From assembly GCA_017453745.1 (NCBI GenBank), contig JAFTEH010000044.1, positions 4,077 to 68,076 of the forward strand: a DNA stretch of 64,000 nt, read 5' to 3'. Below the pieces are notes generated by a model, which searched no databases, was not told the origin of the DNA, and saw nothing but the letters and a program-made list of their open reading frames with translations. The DNA comes from Spirochaetaceae bacterium. GTDB taxonomy: Bacteria > Spirochaetota > Spirochaetia > Treponematales > Treponemataceae. This document shows, one piece after another, positions 1 to 9,596 of this stretch (position 1 is its first letter; every line of letters begins with the position of its first letter). A program made the position numbers and the translations under genes.

Positions 1-1669
1 CAGGTCCAGTAGGATCTGTTAGAGAAGTTTCTGTAGGTCTTGTTCCTTTGTAATCCCATAACCATTCATTTACATTGCCTGTAAGGTCATAAATTTTTAG
101 TGAATTCGACCTAAAACTCATTACTGGCTCCGCTACATCAGTACCATCGTTTAATTTTGCATAGAGTTTAAGTTCATCTGCAAGATTATCAGGCACCTGA
201 GGATTGTTATCAGGGCCAATTGCTACGGTGCCTGCCATACCTGACCAAATAAACTTAGCATCGTACCCATCTTCTTTTTTGTCCGCTAATCCAACTTGAA
301 TAGCAGAGCCGTATTTTCCTACATATTCAAACTCCGCTTCTGTCGGGAGTCGGTATCCATTAGCTGTAAAATCGCAAGTTACATTTTTCCAAGTATCGTT
401 TTCTTTTACCTCAATACCAGCTTGTGCCTTATGCGGAACATCTTTCACTATATCTAAAGATTGCCACTTTTCATTATCCCAACCTGCAATACTATAACAC
501 GGCGTTTTGCCTTCTGCAATACTTAATTTGTTACAGTAAACAATCGCTTGATACCAACTAACAGTGGCAATGGGCAAAGAACCATTATTTTCAGCTAAGC
601 TATCTCCTGTTAAATCAGTCTGTTTATAGCCTGTGAGGGCAACCCATTCCGCCTGAGTAACCTCGTGAGTCGATACTTCAAAATCATGGTTTAGTGTTAC
701 TTCATAGAGTGGCATATTATTAGTATTGGAATTGGATCCAAATACAAAGGTACCGCCTTCGATTTTCTTAAAGCCTTTCCATACCGCATACAAGTTTGTG
801 TCCACAGCAAAGTTTACGGTATCGCCATCTTTGTATTTAATACCACCAACCTGTATATATCTACTATCGGTATCATCAATACCCATACCAAAATCTGACC
901 AGTCAGCCCAACCCACAAATTCCATTCCTGTGTAGGTAAAAGTATTTAGGTCTAAGACCTGATCAACACCACTAAGTATTGTTTGACTTGTTGTTACACC
1001 TGTATCATTCATTGCATGAAAAATTACTTTAACCGCATCAGCCCAAATTGCATACAAGGTGATTCCATCAGCATGCTCAAAGTTTGTAGTGATAGTATCA
1101 TTGATAACGATCTTTCCATTGTCATCAAATGTTACTGTAAAACTATCCTGATCGTTAAACTGTTTAGCTGCTTTTGTTGTACCCCAACCAGAGAAACCTT
1201 TGGTAGGCGTAGTATGGGTAAATGTGCTTGGTGGAAGGAGTATAGTATCGCCTTCAAGAACCTCAATAGCATCCATAGTTCCTGTACCCGTATTAGCCTC
1301 AAAGTTCAATGTGATAAGTCTAGCCCAGAATGTATATAGGTCTAAATCTTTATCCACTGATATGCTTTGACCTGGTGAAAACTCTTTTTTACGCGCAATA
1401 TCTTGCGATGCCCAACCAATAGGCTTCAATACAGGTGTAGAACTCCTTGTATAAAAAGGATCCGCCTCATCTATTGACGGCAATACCAACTTTTCGCCTT
1501 CTTTTACCTTCATAGTAAAGGTTTGGTCCTCCTCACCTAGTACATTCCGGTGAAAAGTAACCACATACTCAACTGTAGGTGTGGGTGGGGTTGGTCCACC
1601 ACCAGGACAGCCTATTAAAAATCCTAGCACTGCTAGTAGAGAAAATACCATATAAAGTTTTTGTTTCAT
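1..1669 (-). CDS. Lipoprotein with InlB B-repeat-like domains and a C-terminal formylglycine-generating-enzyme (FGE-sulfatase/CLec) domain; 3' end truncated by the window edge
   Basis: Manual translation from ATG 1669: MKQKLYMVFSLLAVLGFLIGC (lipobox), a Pro-rich linker, three repeats ending in LY(A/T)xW, then FGE motifs GGTFVFGS, HEVTQAEW, VSWYQAIVYCN, YRLPTEAEFEY, YDLTGNVNEW and TDPTGP. No stop before position 1, so it is absent from the ORF track. Confidence 0.88.
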   Translation of the reverse strand, partial: MKQKLYMVFSLLAVLGFLIGCPGGGPTPPTPTVEYVVTFHRNVLGEEDQTFTMKVKEGEKLVLPSIDEADPFYTRSSTPVLKPIGWASQDIARKKEFSPGQSISVDKDLDLYTFWARLITLNFEANTGTGTMDAIEVLEGDTILLPPSTFTHTTPTKGFSGWGTTKAAKQFNDQDSFTVTFDDNGKIVINDTITTNFEHADGITLYAIWADAVKVIFHAMNDTGVTTSQTILSGVDQVLDLNTFTYTGMEFVGWADWSDFGMGIDDTDSRYIQVGGIKYKDGDTVNFAVDTNLYAVWKGFKKIEGGTFVFGSNSNTNNMPLYEVTLNHDFEVSTHEVTQAEWVALTGYKQTDLTGDSLAENNGSLPIATVSWYQAIVYCNKLSIAEGKTPCYSIAGWDNEKWQSLDIVKDVPHKAQAGIEVKENDTWKNVTCDFTANGYRLPTEAEFEYVGKYGSAIQVGLADKKEDGYDAKFIWSGMAGTVAIGPDNNPQVPDNLADELKLYAKLNDGTDVAEPVMSFRSNSLKIYDLTGNVNEWLWDYKGTRPTETSLTDPTGP

Positions 1670-2112
1670 TTAACACCACCTTTTCAAATGGTCGAGGTCA
1701 TCTGAAAACCTGAGCAAGTAGATATAATATCTAATTGCTAAAACTTCTTATTCCTATTTACTATTGTAAATAACTATATGTAAATCCTCACGCTAGGTAA
1801 AACCAACAATAAGGTTATAGTTACATGGTTACCAGCGTATTGAGAAACATTCTATACACTATTGTACACATTACAAAATAAAAATAATTCCTACAATGTT
1901 TTGTATAATAGTACTGAAAAAAACAAAAAACTTCAATACTTTCGAACTCTTTTAATTTTTAAAAATTGTATTACTTTTGATTATTCAAAAAACGACAAAA
2001 ATAGGAGCTTACATCCTTAAAATAGAGAACTCACCGTTGTTAGTATCGGCAGAATCAAACCTATTCTTTAATTGAGGCTCGAGGGCAAGCATTGCTTTAT
2101 ACCTCAAAAACG

Positions 2113-2304
2113 CAGGGAAATCAATTTTTGCAGAGATTGTTTGTCCTGCACACAAATACTAAGGGAAAAGACACCCTTTTGACCGAGCAAAAGGGTTTCC
2201 TTTCCCTTAGGAACCCTTTCCTTCCTAAAACGCGGCTTAGGGCTCCGCCCTAAGAACCCGCCTGAAAGTAACAAGTTCCCTGTTATGCACTATGGAATTT
2301 AAAC
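2113..2304 (+). repeat. Modular intergenic palindromic repeat, copy A
   Basis: Aligns with the reverse complement of about 6841-7035 and contains the hairpin CTTAGGGC-tcc-GCCCTAAG. Confidence 0.85.
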
Positions 2305-2332
2305 AAATCTGATATTTTTACTATATAACTTT

Positions 2333-2620
2333 ATTCCGAGAATTAAAAACACATTCTGCGCATTTTTAATTCTCGTACTTACGCACCGTCTACATCCGTG
2401 TAGACGGCTATGTTTTTTCTCCCTTTCCCTTAGAATCCCTATCCCTTCCAAAAGCATCGCTACTAACCAGTTGCGTAATGGATTTAGGCAACTGGCAAGT
2501 TGGCATTCAGAACTTAAGCCAACTTGTGCCCTAAAGAACCCGACTAAAAGTAATAACTTTCCAGTTATGTTCTATGTAATTTAAGCAAACCAGTTGTTTA
2601 TATTAAAAATTGATTTTCGT
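2333..2620 (+). repeat. 288-bp direct repeat, copy 1
   Basis: About 93% identical to 2680-2967 (about 20 substitutions by eye); contains the hairpin CCGTCTACA-tccg-TGTAGACGG. Confidence 0.92.
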
Positions 2621-2679
2621 GAAAAGACACACTTTTGACCGAAGCATGAATATTGAAAAAACTTCCCTGTTTTTTCAAT

Positions 2680-2967
2680 ATTCCGAGAATCAAAAACAAA
2701 TTCTGCGCATTTTTAATTCTCGCGCTTGCGCACCGTCTACATCCGTGTAGACGGCTATGTTTTTTCTCCCTTTCCCTTAGAATCCCTATCCCTTCCAAAA
2801 GCATCGCTATTAACCAGTTGCGTAATGGATTTGAGCAACTGGCAAGTTGGCATTCAGGACTAAAACCAACTTGAGCCCTAAAGAACCCGACTAAAAGTAA
2901 TAAGTTCCTAGTTATGCACTATGGAATTTAAGCGAACCAGTTGTTTATATTAAAAATTGATTTCCGT
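2680..2967 (+). repeat. 288-bp direct repeat, copy 2
   Basis: Same sequence as 2333-2620 at a period of 347 bp. Confidence 0.92.
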
Positions 2968-3077
2968 ATCAAAAATATCTTTTGACTTACCCATTTGAAT
3001 ATAGTGCTTGTTTGAATGGAGCGTTTTCTGTCAAAAATGCACAGTGTTCTCAGTGGATTATTTTGCGGTTCTCATTT

Positions 3078-3689
3078 TCAACTTGTTGTATGTGGTTTCT
3101 GCTTCGGGTAGGAAAATGTTTTGCGTTGTATTGGCGATTCACCGAGCGTATATATTGCGTGTAAGTGTTGTTTTGTACAATACCCTTTGTGTTTTTCGTA
3201 CCCATACTGTGGGAATCGCTTTGCATACTGACACATCAGTTTATCTCGTGAGACTTTTGCCAAAATTGATGCAGCCATAACTTCAGGAAATGTTGCATCA
3301 GCTTTAATATAGGCCTTGCAGTGAGGAATGTTAGGCTCTTTGTTACCATCCACCAATGAAAAAATACGAGCAGGGTCTATATTGGAATGGGAAATTTTTT
3401 TTAACAATGAGGTATACGCACGCTCCATTGCTAAAAGGCTTGCCTGTAAAATATTATATGTATCAATTTCGGAGACACTCGCCGCCCCGATTCCCCAAAG
3501 GCATGTTGCAAAAATATCTTGTGCAATATCTATTCGCTTTTTTTCAGAAAGAACTTTTGAGTCTTTTAAAACACTGACATCAAAATGGGGAGCGAGGATG
3601 ACAGCGGCAGCAAAAACAGGTCCTGCAAGTGGACCACGCCCTACTTCATCAATGCCACAGATAATAGTATCAGGATGTTCATGGGGCAT
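3078..3689 (-). CDS. rnhB: Ribonuclease HII
   Basis: Motifs GIDEVGRGPLAGPV, DSK, DGN and AASILAKVSRD. The start is placed at the ATG (3689) that overlaps the upstream stop. Confidence 0.96.
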   Translation of the reverse strand: MPHEHPDTIICGIDEVGRGPLAGPVFAAAVILAPHFDVSVLKDSKVLSEKKRIDIAQDIFATCLWGIGAASVSEIDTYNILQASLLAMERAYTSLLKKISHSNIDPARIFSLVDGNKEPNIPHCKAYIKADATFPEVMAASILAKVSRDKLMCQYAKRFPQYGYEKHKGYCTKQHLHAIYTLGESPIQRKTFSYPKQKPHTTS

Positions 3690-6033
3690 TTTTAATGTCA
3701 TACTTAAATCCTTCAATAGTAACAATGCCGGTATGCGTCAGTGTAGAATCTTTATCGACTAAAATTGCAGTGTCTGTATTGTATCTACTCTGTTTTCGCT
3801 CGCCGCTCACCTGTTCAAGTTCTACGTGTGCTTGTTTGAGTTCCAGAATGCGACAAACCGTTTCACACTGTATACTAAAGTGCGTATTAAAAAAGCGCAC
3901 TAAACTCTCATTCAAGCGTACTGCCAAAGCGGTATCACAGGTAAGTGAAAAATCTAAATCTTCACCGGTTAATTCTGACTTAGAAACAACAAAACATTCT
4001 GTATAGTTTTTCTGTGTACTTGTATATTGCACCCGCTTCATAGTACAAATGCTAAAATACAGTGAAATTGCCGTTCCGTCATACCGTGTTTGAAATTGAA
4101 CATCGGTGAGGTGTAGTGTGCTGTTTGAGGCATACAAAATAGGAACGGTTCTGTGTTCAAGTTCGTGCTCGTTGCGTATAAAGGTGATGCCAGAAAAAGA
4201 TATATCGGTATTTTCAATAATAAAACCGACATCAGTTTGTAGTGTGATTTTTGCATCATTCCCTATTATACGAAGACTATCTGAAAGCACAAAAGATTCA
4301 GAAAGTGTCACATTTCCCGTGATAAAAATATTCCAGCGTCTTTTTGTTATTTCTTTTTTTTCTTTTATAAATGCAAATGCCCTTTCAAGTTTTGTAAATG
4401 GAGCATCTTTTGTGCCATTTCCCGAAGTTTGGGCATTAGTGTCTACATACAGTGCATAAGGGCTTACTTCAATTTCATGTGTAAATACTTCGCCCCGTTT
4501 TTTGTCTGCATCTTCGTAATATGCAATAATACGGTAGACACTTGAACCATCAGTGATTCCATCTAATACAAATGTACGCTCATTTATTTGTTTTGCTTGG
4601 GGTGTAATACGCACAATAGGTGTATATGAAGCCCCTGCCGGTAATTCAGGGAGGGTCATTGTAACTATTTCGTTTGTACTCGAAAGTTCGGTGCTAAACT
4701 GGGGAATGAGGGCTGGGGGTTTTTGCTTGTTTATATTAAAATCTACAAAATATTCACCGTGTGCCACCTGTTCGTAAAATGCTTTTATGCGAATATTGTA
4801 GTGGAATTGAGTATTGTCGGGTATATCAAATGTTTTTTTATTATCATCAAAGCGATGGGAATATAGGCTTGGTTCGGAGGCGGTAAATTTGTCGGCAACA
4901 GTAAAGGTATAGGTATACCGAGCATCTGAAAATGCAAGGTGTACTGGCTGTGAAGCACCTGATGAACGCTCACTTATTGACAGTTTCGGTTTAGCCGGTA
5001 AAAAAATACTTTGTATCTTGCCATCTGCGATGCTTTCTGATGCCCAATACACATAGATATCCTCGGTACGGTCCACAAAAATCGGTCCCGTATATGTTTT
5101 TGCAATCTTAGGAAAAGAAGCAGGAACTACTGGCGAAGGAGAAAGTTCATACACTACCGGCATCTGAAGTAAAAACTCAAGATAGTTCCATGCAAGGATT
5201 TGATAGGGCTTGGTCGTTTGTGGATCAGTTTCTATACTCGTGATTGTGTCAAAGGAATGTGTTTGCGTTTCTGGTAATTGAGTTAAAAAATAAAAGGTGT
5301 CAGATTGTACTTGTCCTGTTGCATGCACACTATAGGTAATAGTTTGTTCTTCGGTGGCCCCTATTTCAGAAACTGCTTTTAAGCGTAGGTTTACTAAACC
5401 ATAGCGTTCAATGACAAAGGGGCGATAGTAGATTTGCCCAAATGTTTGTGGGTCACTTCCATCTAGTGAGTAGTACACAGTTGTTCCTGCAGGATAGCTC
5501 ACATTTAAAATAGGAGGATTTTTCCAAATACCTGGTTACGGGCTAAACACTTGCATGAGAGAACGCTGGTCTACATAAGAATCTCTGGAATCAGCAGATG
5601 GGCGTTTAATATAAAAGAGGTGTGCCCTACTTTTAATACCGTCAGGATATTCAAGCCACATACAAAGGGTACTATCGTATGGGCAAAAAATTGAATTGTC
5701 AGGCGAAAGAGTACCAGTTCCTCTTGATTCTGACATTTCATGGTACTGTCTGTAGTAAAGAATTGCTTCATTAAGATTCGCACAACTAATTTCCACACCC
5801 ATTTCACTGTAGGCAAAACTCAAGGGCAAGTTCGGAAAAAGGCGATCTTCCATACGAGCCGTCTCTGTCTGTATAGGAGCCTTTTGTGACTGCATACTTG
5901 TCTGCGGAGCAACGGCAAGGTAGGATGTCCCCTGTCGCGATATATCGGAAAAAAGTGGTTCAGCATAGGCAAAAGAAAAAAAACACAAAGAAATTGATAC
6001 TACTATGTACCGTGCTCGGCTGTGTCTTTTCAC
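3679..6033 (-). pseudogene. Secreted/surface protein with a chitobiase/beta-hexosaminidase C-terminal (Fn3-like) domain, interrupted by one in-frame TAA at 5536-5538
   Basis: ORFs 5536..6033 and 3679..5502 are in the same frame. The read-through gives VFSP*PGIWKNPPILNVSYPAGTTVYYSLDGSDP, a continuous CHB_HEX_C-type motif. The signal peptide is on the upstream part. Confidence 0.8.
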
Positions 6034-6638
6034 ACTAAAATCCCTTCAAAAATTGATTTTAATTCTGGGTAATCTTCTAAGTAATGCTTTCTAAATTCCT
6101 CATCAGTAAGCCCAAATAGTTCATGGCTTAGATAGTGAATCCAGAGATTTTCCTGCTCACTATGAATATTGTAGACATTGCAGTAATAGTCAGGAACAAA
6201 GCCAACAGAGCGAGCGCCCTCATAATGAAAGCACTTATAATCGTGAACAGCAAAGCGTACATTTTCGCTTGGAAATTGTATATCTTTAAATGTTTCGGCT
6301 AATTTTTGGAGTGTCGCTCCCGAATCACAAATATCATCGACAATTAAGATTTTTTGGTTTGTATCAAGTTTTCCAAGTTCATATGTCCAACCATCAAAAA
6401 TAACTTCGCTTTGCTGTTGGATTCCAGAATATGAATGCGCTACAAGAGTGGCAAAGATAGTCTTGTAGTTTTTCCCTAAGGCAATTTTAAAAAATTCATT
6501 TATTGCATTACCGAGCGGCGCTCCACCACGCATTGAAATATACATAACATCAGGAATATAGTTTTGTTCAATAAGTTTTTTTGCTAAAGCAAATCCATTA
6601 TTTCGCACTGTATCAGCTTTTATAAAAAGTTTTTTCAT
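6030..6638 (-). CDS. Phosphoribosyltransferase family protein
   Basis: PRPP-binding motif ILIVDDICDSGATL; GAGG RBS upstream. Confidence 0.9.
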   Translation of the reverse strand: MKKLFIKADTVRNNGFALAKKLIEQNYIPDVMYISMRGGAPLGNAINEFFKIALGKNYKTIFATLVAHSYSGIQQQSEVIFDGWTYELGKLDTNQKILIVDDICDSGATLQKLAETFKDIQFPSENVRFAVHDYKCFHYEGARSVGFVPDYYCNVYNIHSEQENLWIHYLSHELFGLTDEEFRKHYLEDYPELKSIFEGILV

Positions 6639-6695
6639 CGGTTTTTATCCTCGTACAAAGCTATTTGTATTGCGCTCGGTATTTTTTTGGCACAC

Positions 6696-6724
6696 ATTAT
6701 ATCATTTTTTTTACTATTTTACAA
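6696..6724 (-). promoter_or_regulatory. Sigma70-type promoter of the PRTase operon
   Basis: TTGTAA-N17-TATAAT with an extended TG motif; A8 tract in the spacer. Confidence 0.7.
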
Positions 6725-6749
6725 GTGCTTACCCAATTATCCCACAGAA

Positions 6750-7035
6750 AACAAGTTTAAATATAAACAACTGGTTTATAGTTAATCTTGACTAATTGAT
6801 AGATAAGTATCAAAAGTTATATATTAAAAACATCGTATTTGCTTAAATTCCATAGGACATAACTGAGAACTTATTACTTTCAGGCGGGTTCTTAGGGCGG
6901 AGCCCTAAGCGATGCTTTTGGAAGGGATAGGGATTCTAAGGGAAAGGGAAACCTTTTGCTTCGAACAAAAGTGTGTCCCTTTCCCTTAGTATTAGGATGC
7001 AGGAAAACCATCTCTCCAAAAAATTGATTTCCATG
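6750..7035 (-). repeat. Modular palindromic repeat, inverted copy
   Basis: The reverse complement matches 2113-2304, the TTTCCCTTAGAATCCCTATCCCTTCCAAAAGCATCGCT module and the AAACCAGTTGTTTATAT module of the 2333/2680 copies. Confidence 0.88.
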
Positions 7036-7113
7036 CAATTTCCTCACAATTAACTAAAATAGGTACTTTTTTTTTTACCATAAAATGTATATAATCAAGG
7101 CTTGAGAGTTTTT

Positions 7114-9573
7114 ATGGAACAGAATAAACAAGAGATACTAAACAAAATAAAACAAGAAATGGAAAGGCACTTAAAACACAATTTTCGCCGACCCATCGAA
7201 AAGGCAGCAAAGCAAGAAGTATATGATGCTTTAGCTCATGCTGTTATGCTGGTGCTTACAGAAAAGCGTGAGCAAACGCGCGAAAAACAGGGTAAAAAAG
7301 GAATTAAACAAGCGTTTTACCTTTCGGCAGAGTTTTTAATGGGGCGTGCCTTAGTGAATAACCTCAGTAATATGGGGATTTTAGATGGAATTGATGAAAT
7401 ACTAAAAGATTTTTCTACAAGTATCAAGGAACTTGAAGAAAAAGAACCAGATGCTGCCTTAGGAAATGGGGGGCTTGGGAGACTTGCTGCATGTTTTTTA
7501 GATTCACTTGCAACTTTGGATTATCCGGGGCATGGCTATGGCATACGGTATCAATATGGAATGTTCAAGCAAAAAATAGAAAATGGGTATCAAGTGGAAT
7601 ATCCAGACAAGTGGCTTGCTAATGGCTTTGATGTATGGGAAGTCCCCCGTCACGATATTTCGACAATAGTGGAATTTGGGGGCACCTTAGTTTCCAGTTA
7701 TGATGAAGGTGGGAATCTTGACTACACCCTTGAGGGCGCAGAACAAGTACTCGCAACCCCATACGACATGCTCATCACAGGCTATGGTACTGATACGGTA
7801 AATCGACTTCGATTATGGGAAGCAAGTTCCCCAGATGGATTTAATCTTCAACTGTTTAATGATATGAAGTACACTGAAGCCGTTCAAAAAGCAACTGATG
7901 CAGAAAATATTTCACGAGTTTTGTATCCGAATGACCGCGGTCCGCAAGGAAAAGAACTTAGGCTAAAACAGCAATACTTTTTTACTTCGGCGAGTATTCA
8001 AGACATTGTACGATTATATGTACAAAAGGAAGGAAAGGACTTTTCTCATTTTTCTGAACAAGTTGTTATACAACTTAATGACACGCATCCTGTTGTTGCG
8101 ATTCCAGAATTGATGCGTATTTTAATGGACACCTATGATTTTGGCTGGGATGCGGCATGGGAAATCACAACAAAAACATTTGCATACACAAATCATACTA
8201 TTTTAGCAGAAGCCTTAGAAAAGTGGCCTGTTGAACTATTCCGCAGGCTTTTACCGCGCATCTATCAAATAATAGAAGAAATTAATCGTAGGTTTTTAAT
8301 TGAACTACGAACCGTCTACCCTAATGATTGGCATAAACATACCGCCCTATCAATTATAGAACAAGGATTGGTAAAAATGGCATGGCTTGCAATTGTTGGG
8401 AGTTTTTCGGTAAACGGCGTTGCTGCTCTCCATACCGAAATCCTAAAAACAAAGGAGCTAAAAGATTGGTATGAGTTGTATCCTGCTAAATTTAACAATA
8501 AAACAAATGGGGTGACACAACGCCGCTGGCTCTATAATGCAAATAAACCACTTGCCCACCTTATTACAAAACTCTTAGGAAGCGAAGATTGGGTGCGTGA
8601 TGGTGCCTTATTGACAAAACTTGAAGCATTTGTTGATACCGAAGAAGTCCTACAAGAGTTGATAAGCATAAAAAAAGAAAACAAAATAAAACTTGCTGAA
8701 TACTTACAAGTAAATCAAAATATTTTTATAAACCCAGATTCAATTTTTGATGTACAGATAAAACGGTTGCATGAGTACAAACGGCAATTATTAAATATCT
8801 TACATATTATGAGTATATATAATCGCATCCTTGAAGATAGTTCGTATAATGCTCCGCCTCAAACATTTATTTTTGGTGCGAAATCGGCTTCTGGATATGA
8901 GCGAGCAAAAGAGATTATTAAACTTATAACAACAGTTGCAGACCGCATCAATAATGATTATAGAGTGGGCGGTAAATTGCGTGTTGTCTTTGTGGAAAAC
9001 TACTGCGTTTCGATTGCAGAAAAAATATTTCCAGCGAGCGATATTTCAGAGCAAATTTCAACGGCAGGCAAGGAAGCGTCGGGAACAGGGAATATGAAGT
9101 TTATGATGAACGGGGCACTGACATTGGGCACTTTAGATGGCGCAAATATCGAAATAGCTGAAGCGGTTGGTATGGAAAACGCCTTTATTTTTGGACTTAC
9201 CGCAGAAGAGGTTGCAAAACTAAATGCGGAACAAGCGAATCCACATACCTATCTACAACGAAATCCGAATCTTGCCCGTGTTGTGCAGCAATTAGTTGAC
9301 GGCACCTATACGGCAGGCACAAATGTTTCGTTTATAGGTATTTACAACTCACTTATGTATGGTGTCGATGGTCAAGCACCCGATATTTATCACTGTTTAG
9401 CAGACTTTGATGAATATGAAAAAATTCATGAAAAAGCATTATCTGTATATACAAAACCGCTTGAATGGGCAAAAATGTGTTTAATAAATATTGCAAAATC
9501 GGGGCGGTTCAGTTCCGATAGAACAATCACTGAATATGCAGATGATATTTGGCACTTAGAAAAAATACAGTAA
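7114..9573 (+). CDS. glgP: Glycogen/starch/maltodextrin phosphorylase
   Basis: Motifs LGNGGLGRLAACFLDS, QLNDTHP, KRLHEYKRQ and EASGTGNMKF. Confidence 0.97.
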   Translation: MEQNKQEILNKIKQEMERHLKHNFRRPIEKAAKQEVYDALAHAVMLVLTEKREQTREKQGKKGIKQAFYLSAEFLMGRALVNNLSNMGILDGIDEILKDFSTSIKELEEKEPDAALGNGGLGRLAACFLDSLATLDYPGHGYGIRYQYGMFKQKIENGYQVEYPDKWLANGFDVWEVPRHDISTIVEFGGTLVSSYDEGGNLDYTLEGAEQVLATPYDMLITGYGTDTVNRLRLWEASSPDGFNLQLFNDMKYTEAVQKATDAENISRVLYPNDRGPQGKELRLKQQYFFTSASIQDIVRLYVQKEGKDFSHFSEQVVIQLNDTHPVVAIPELMRILMDTYDFGWDAAWEITTKTFAYTNHTILAEALEKWPVELFRRLLPRIYQIIEEINRRFLIELRTVYPNDWHKHTALSIIEQGLVKMAWLAIVGSFSVNGVAALHTEILKTKELKDWYELYPAKFNNKTNGVTQRRWLYNANKPLAHLITKLLGSEDWVRDGALLTKLEAFVDTEEVLQELISIKKENKIKLAEYLQVNQNIFINPDSIFDVQIKRLHEYKRQLLNILHIMSIYNRILEDSSYNAPPQTFIFGAKSASGYERAKEIIKLITTVADRINNDYRVGGKLRVVFVENYCVSIAEKIFPASDISEQISTAGKEASGTGNMKFMMNGALTLGTLDGANIEIAEAVGMENAFIFGLTAEEVAKLNAEQANPHTYLQRNPNLARVVQQLVDGTYTAGTNVSFIGIYNSLMYGVDGQAPDIYHCLADFDEYEKIHEKALSVYTKPLEWAKMCLINIAKSGRFSSDRTITEYADDIWHLEKIQ

Positions 9574-9596
9574 CAAGTTAAGAGGATTTTAAAAAT

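Noticed and set aside
2598-2874. ORFs 2598..2804 and 2653..2874
   Set aside because: They lie wholly within the non-coding repeat, with no RBS or recognisable domain.
2333-2967. DGR template/variable repeat pair
   Set aside because: The roughly 20 differences involve all four bases in both directions, not adenine-specific substitution, and both copies are non-coding.
2113-2967. CRISPR array
   Set aside because: The units are about 290 bp, not 25-45 bp repeats with unique spacers, and there are no cas genes.
6890-6912. Pistol ribozyme (TTAGGGC/GCCCTAAGCG)
   Set aside because: The two motifs form a simple 3-nt-loop hairpin and lack the P1 stem and AAAUA linker.
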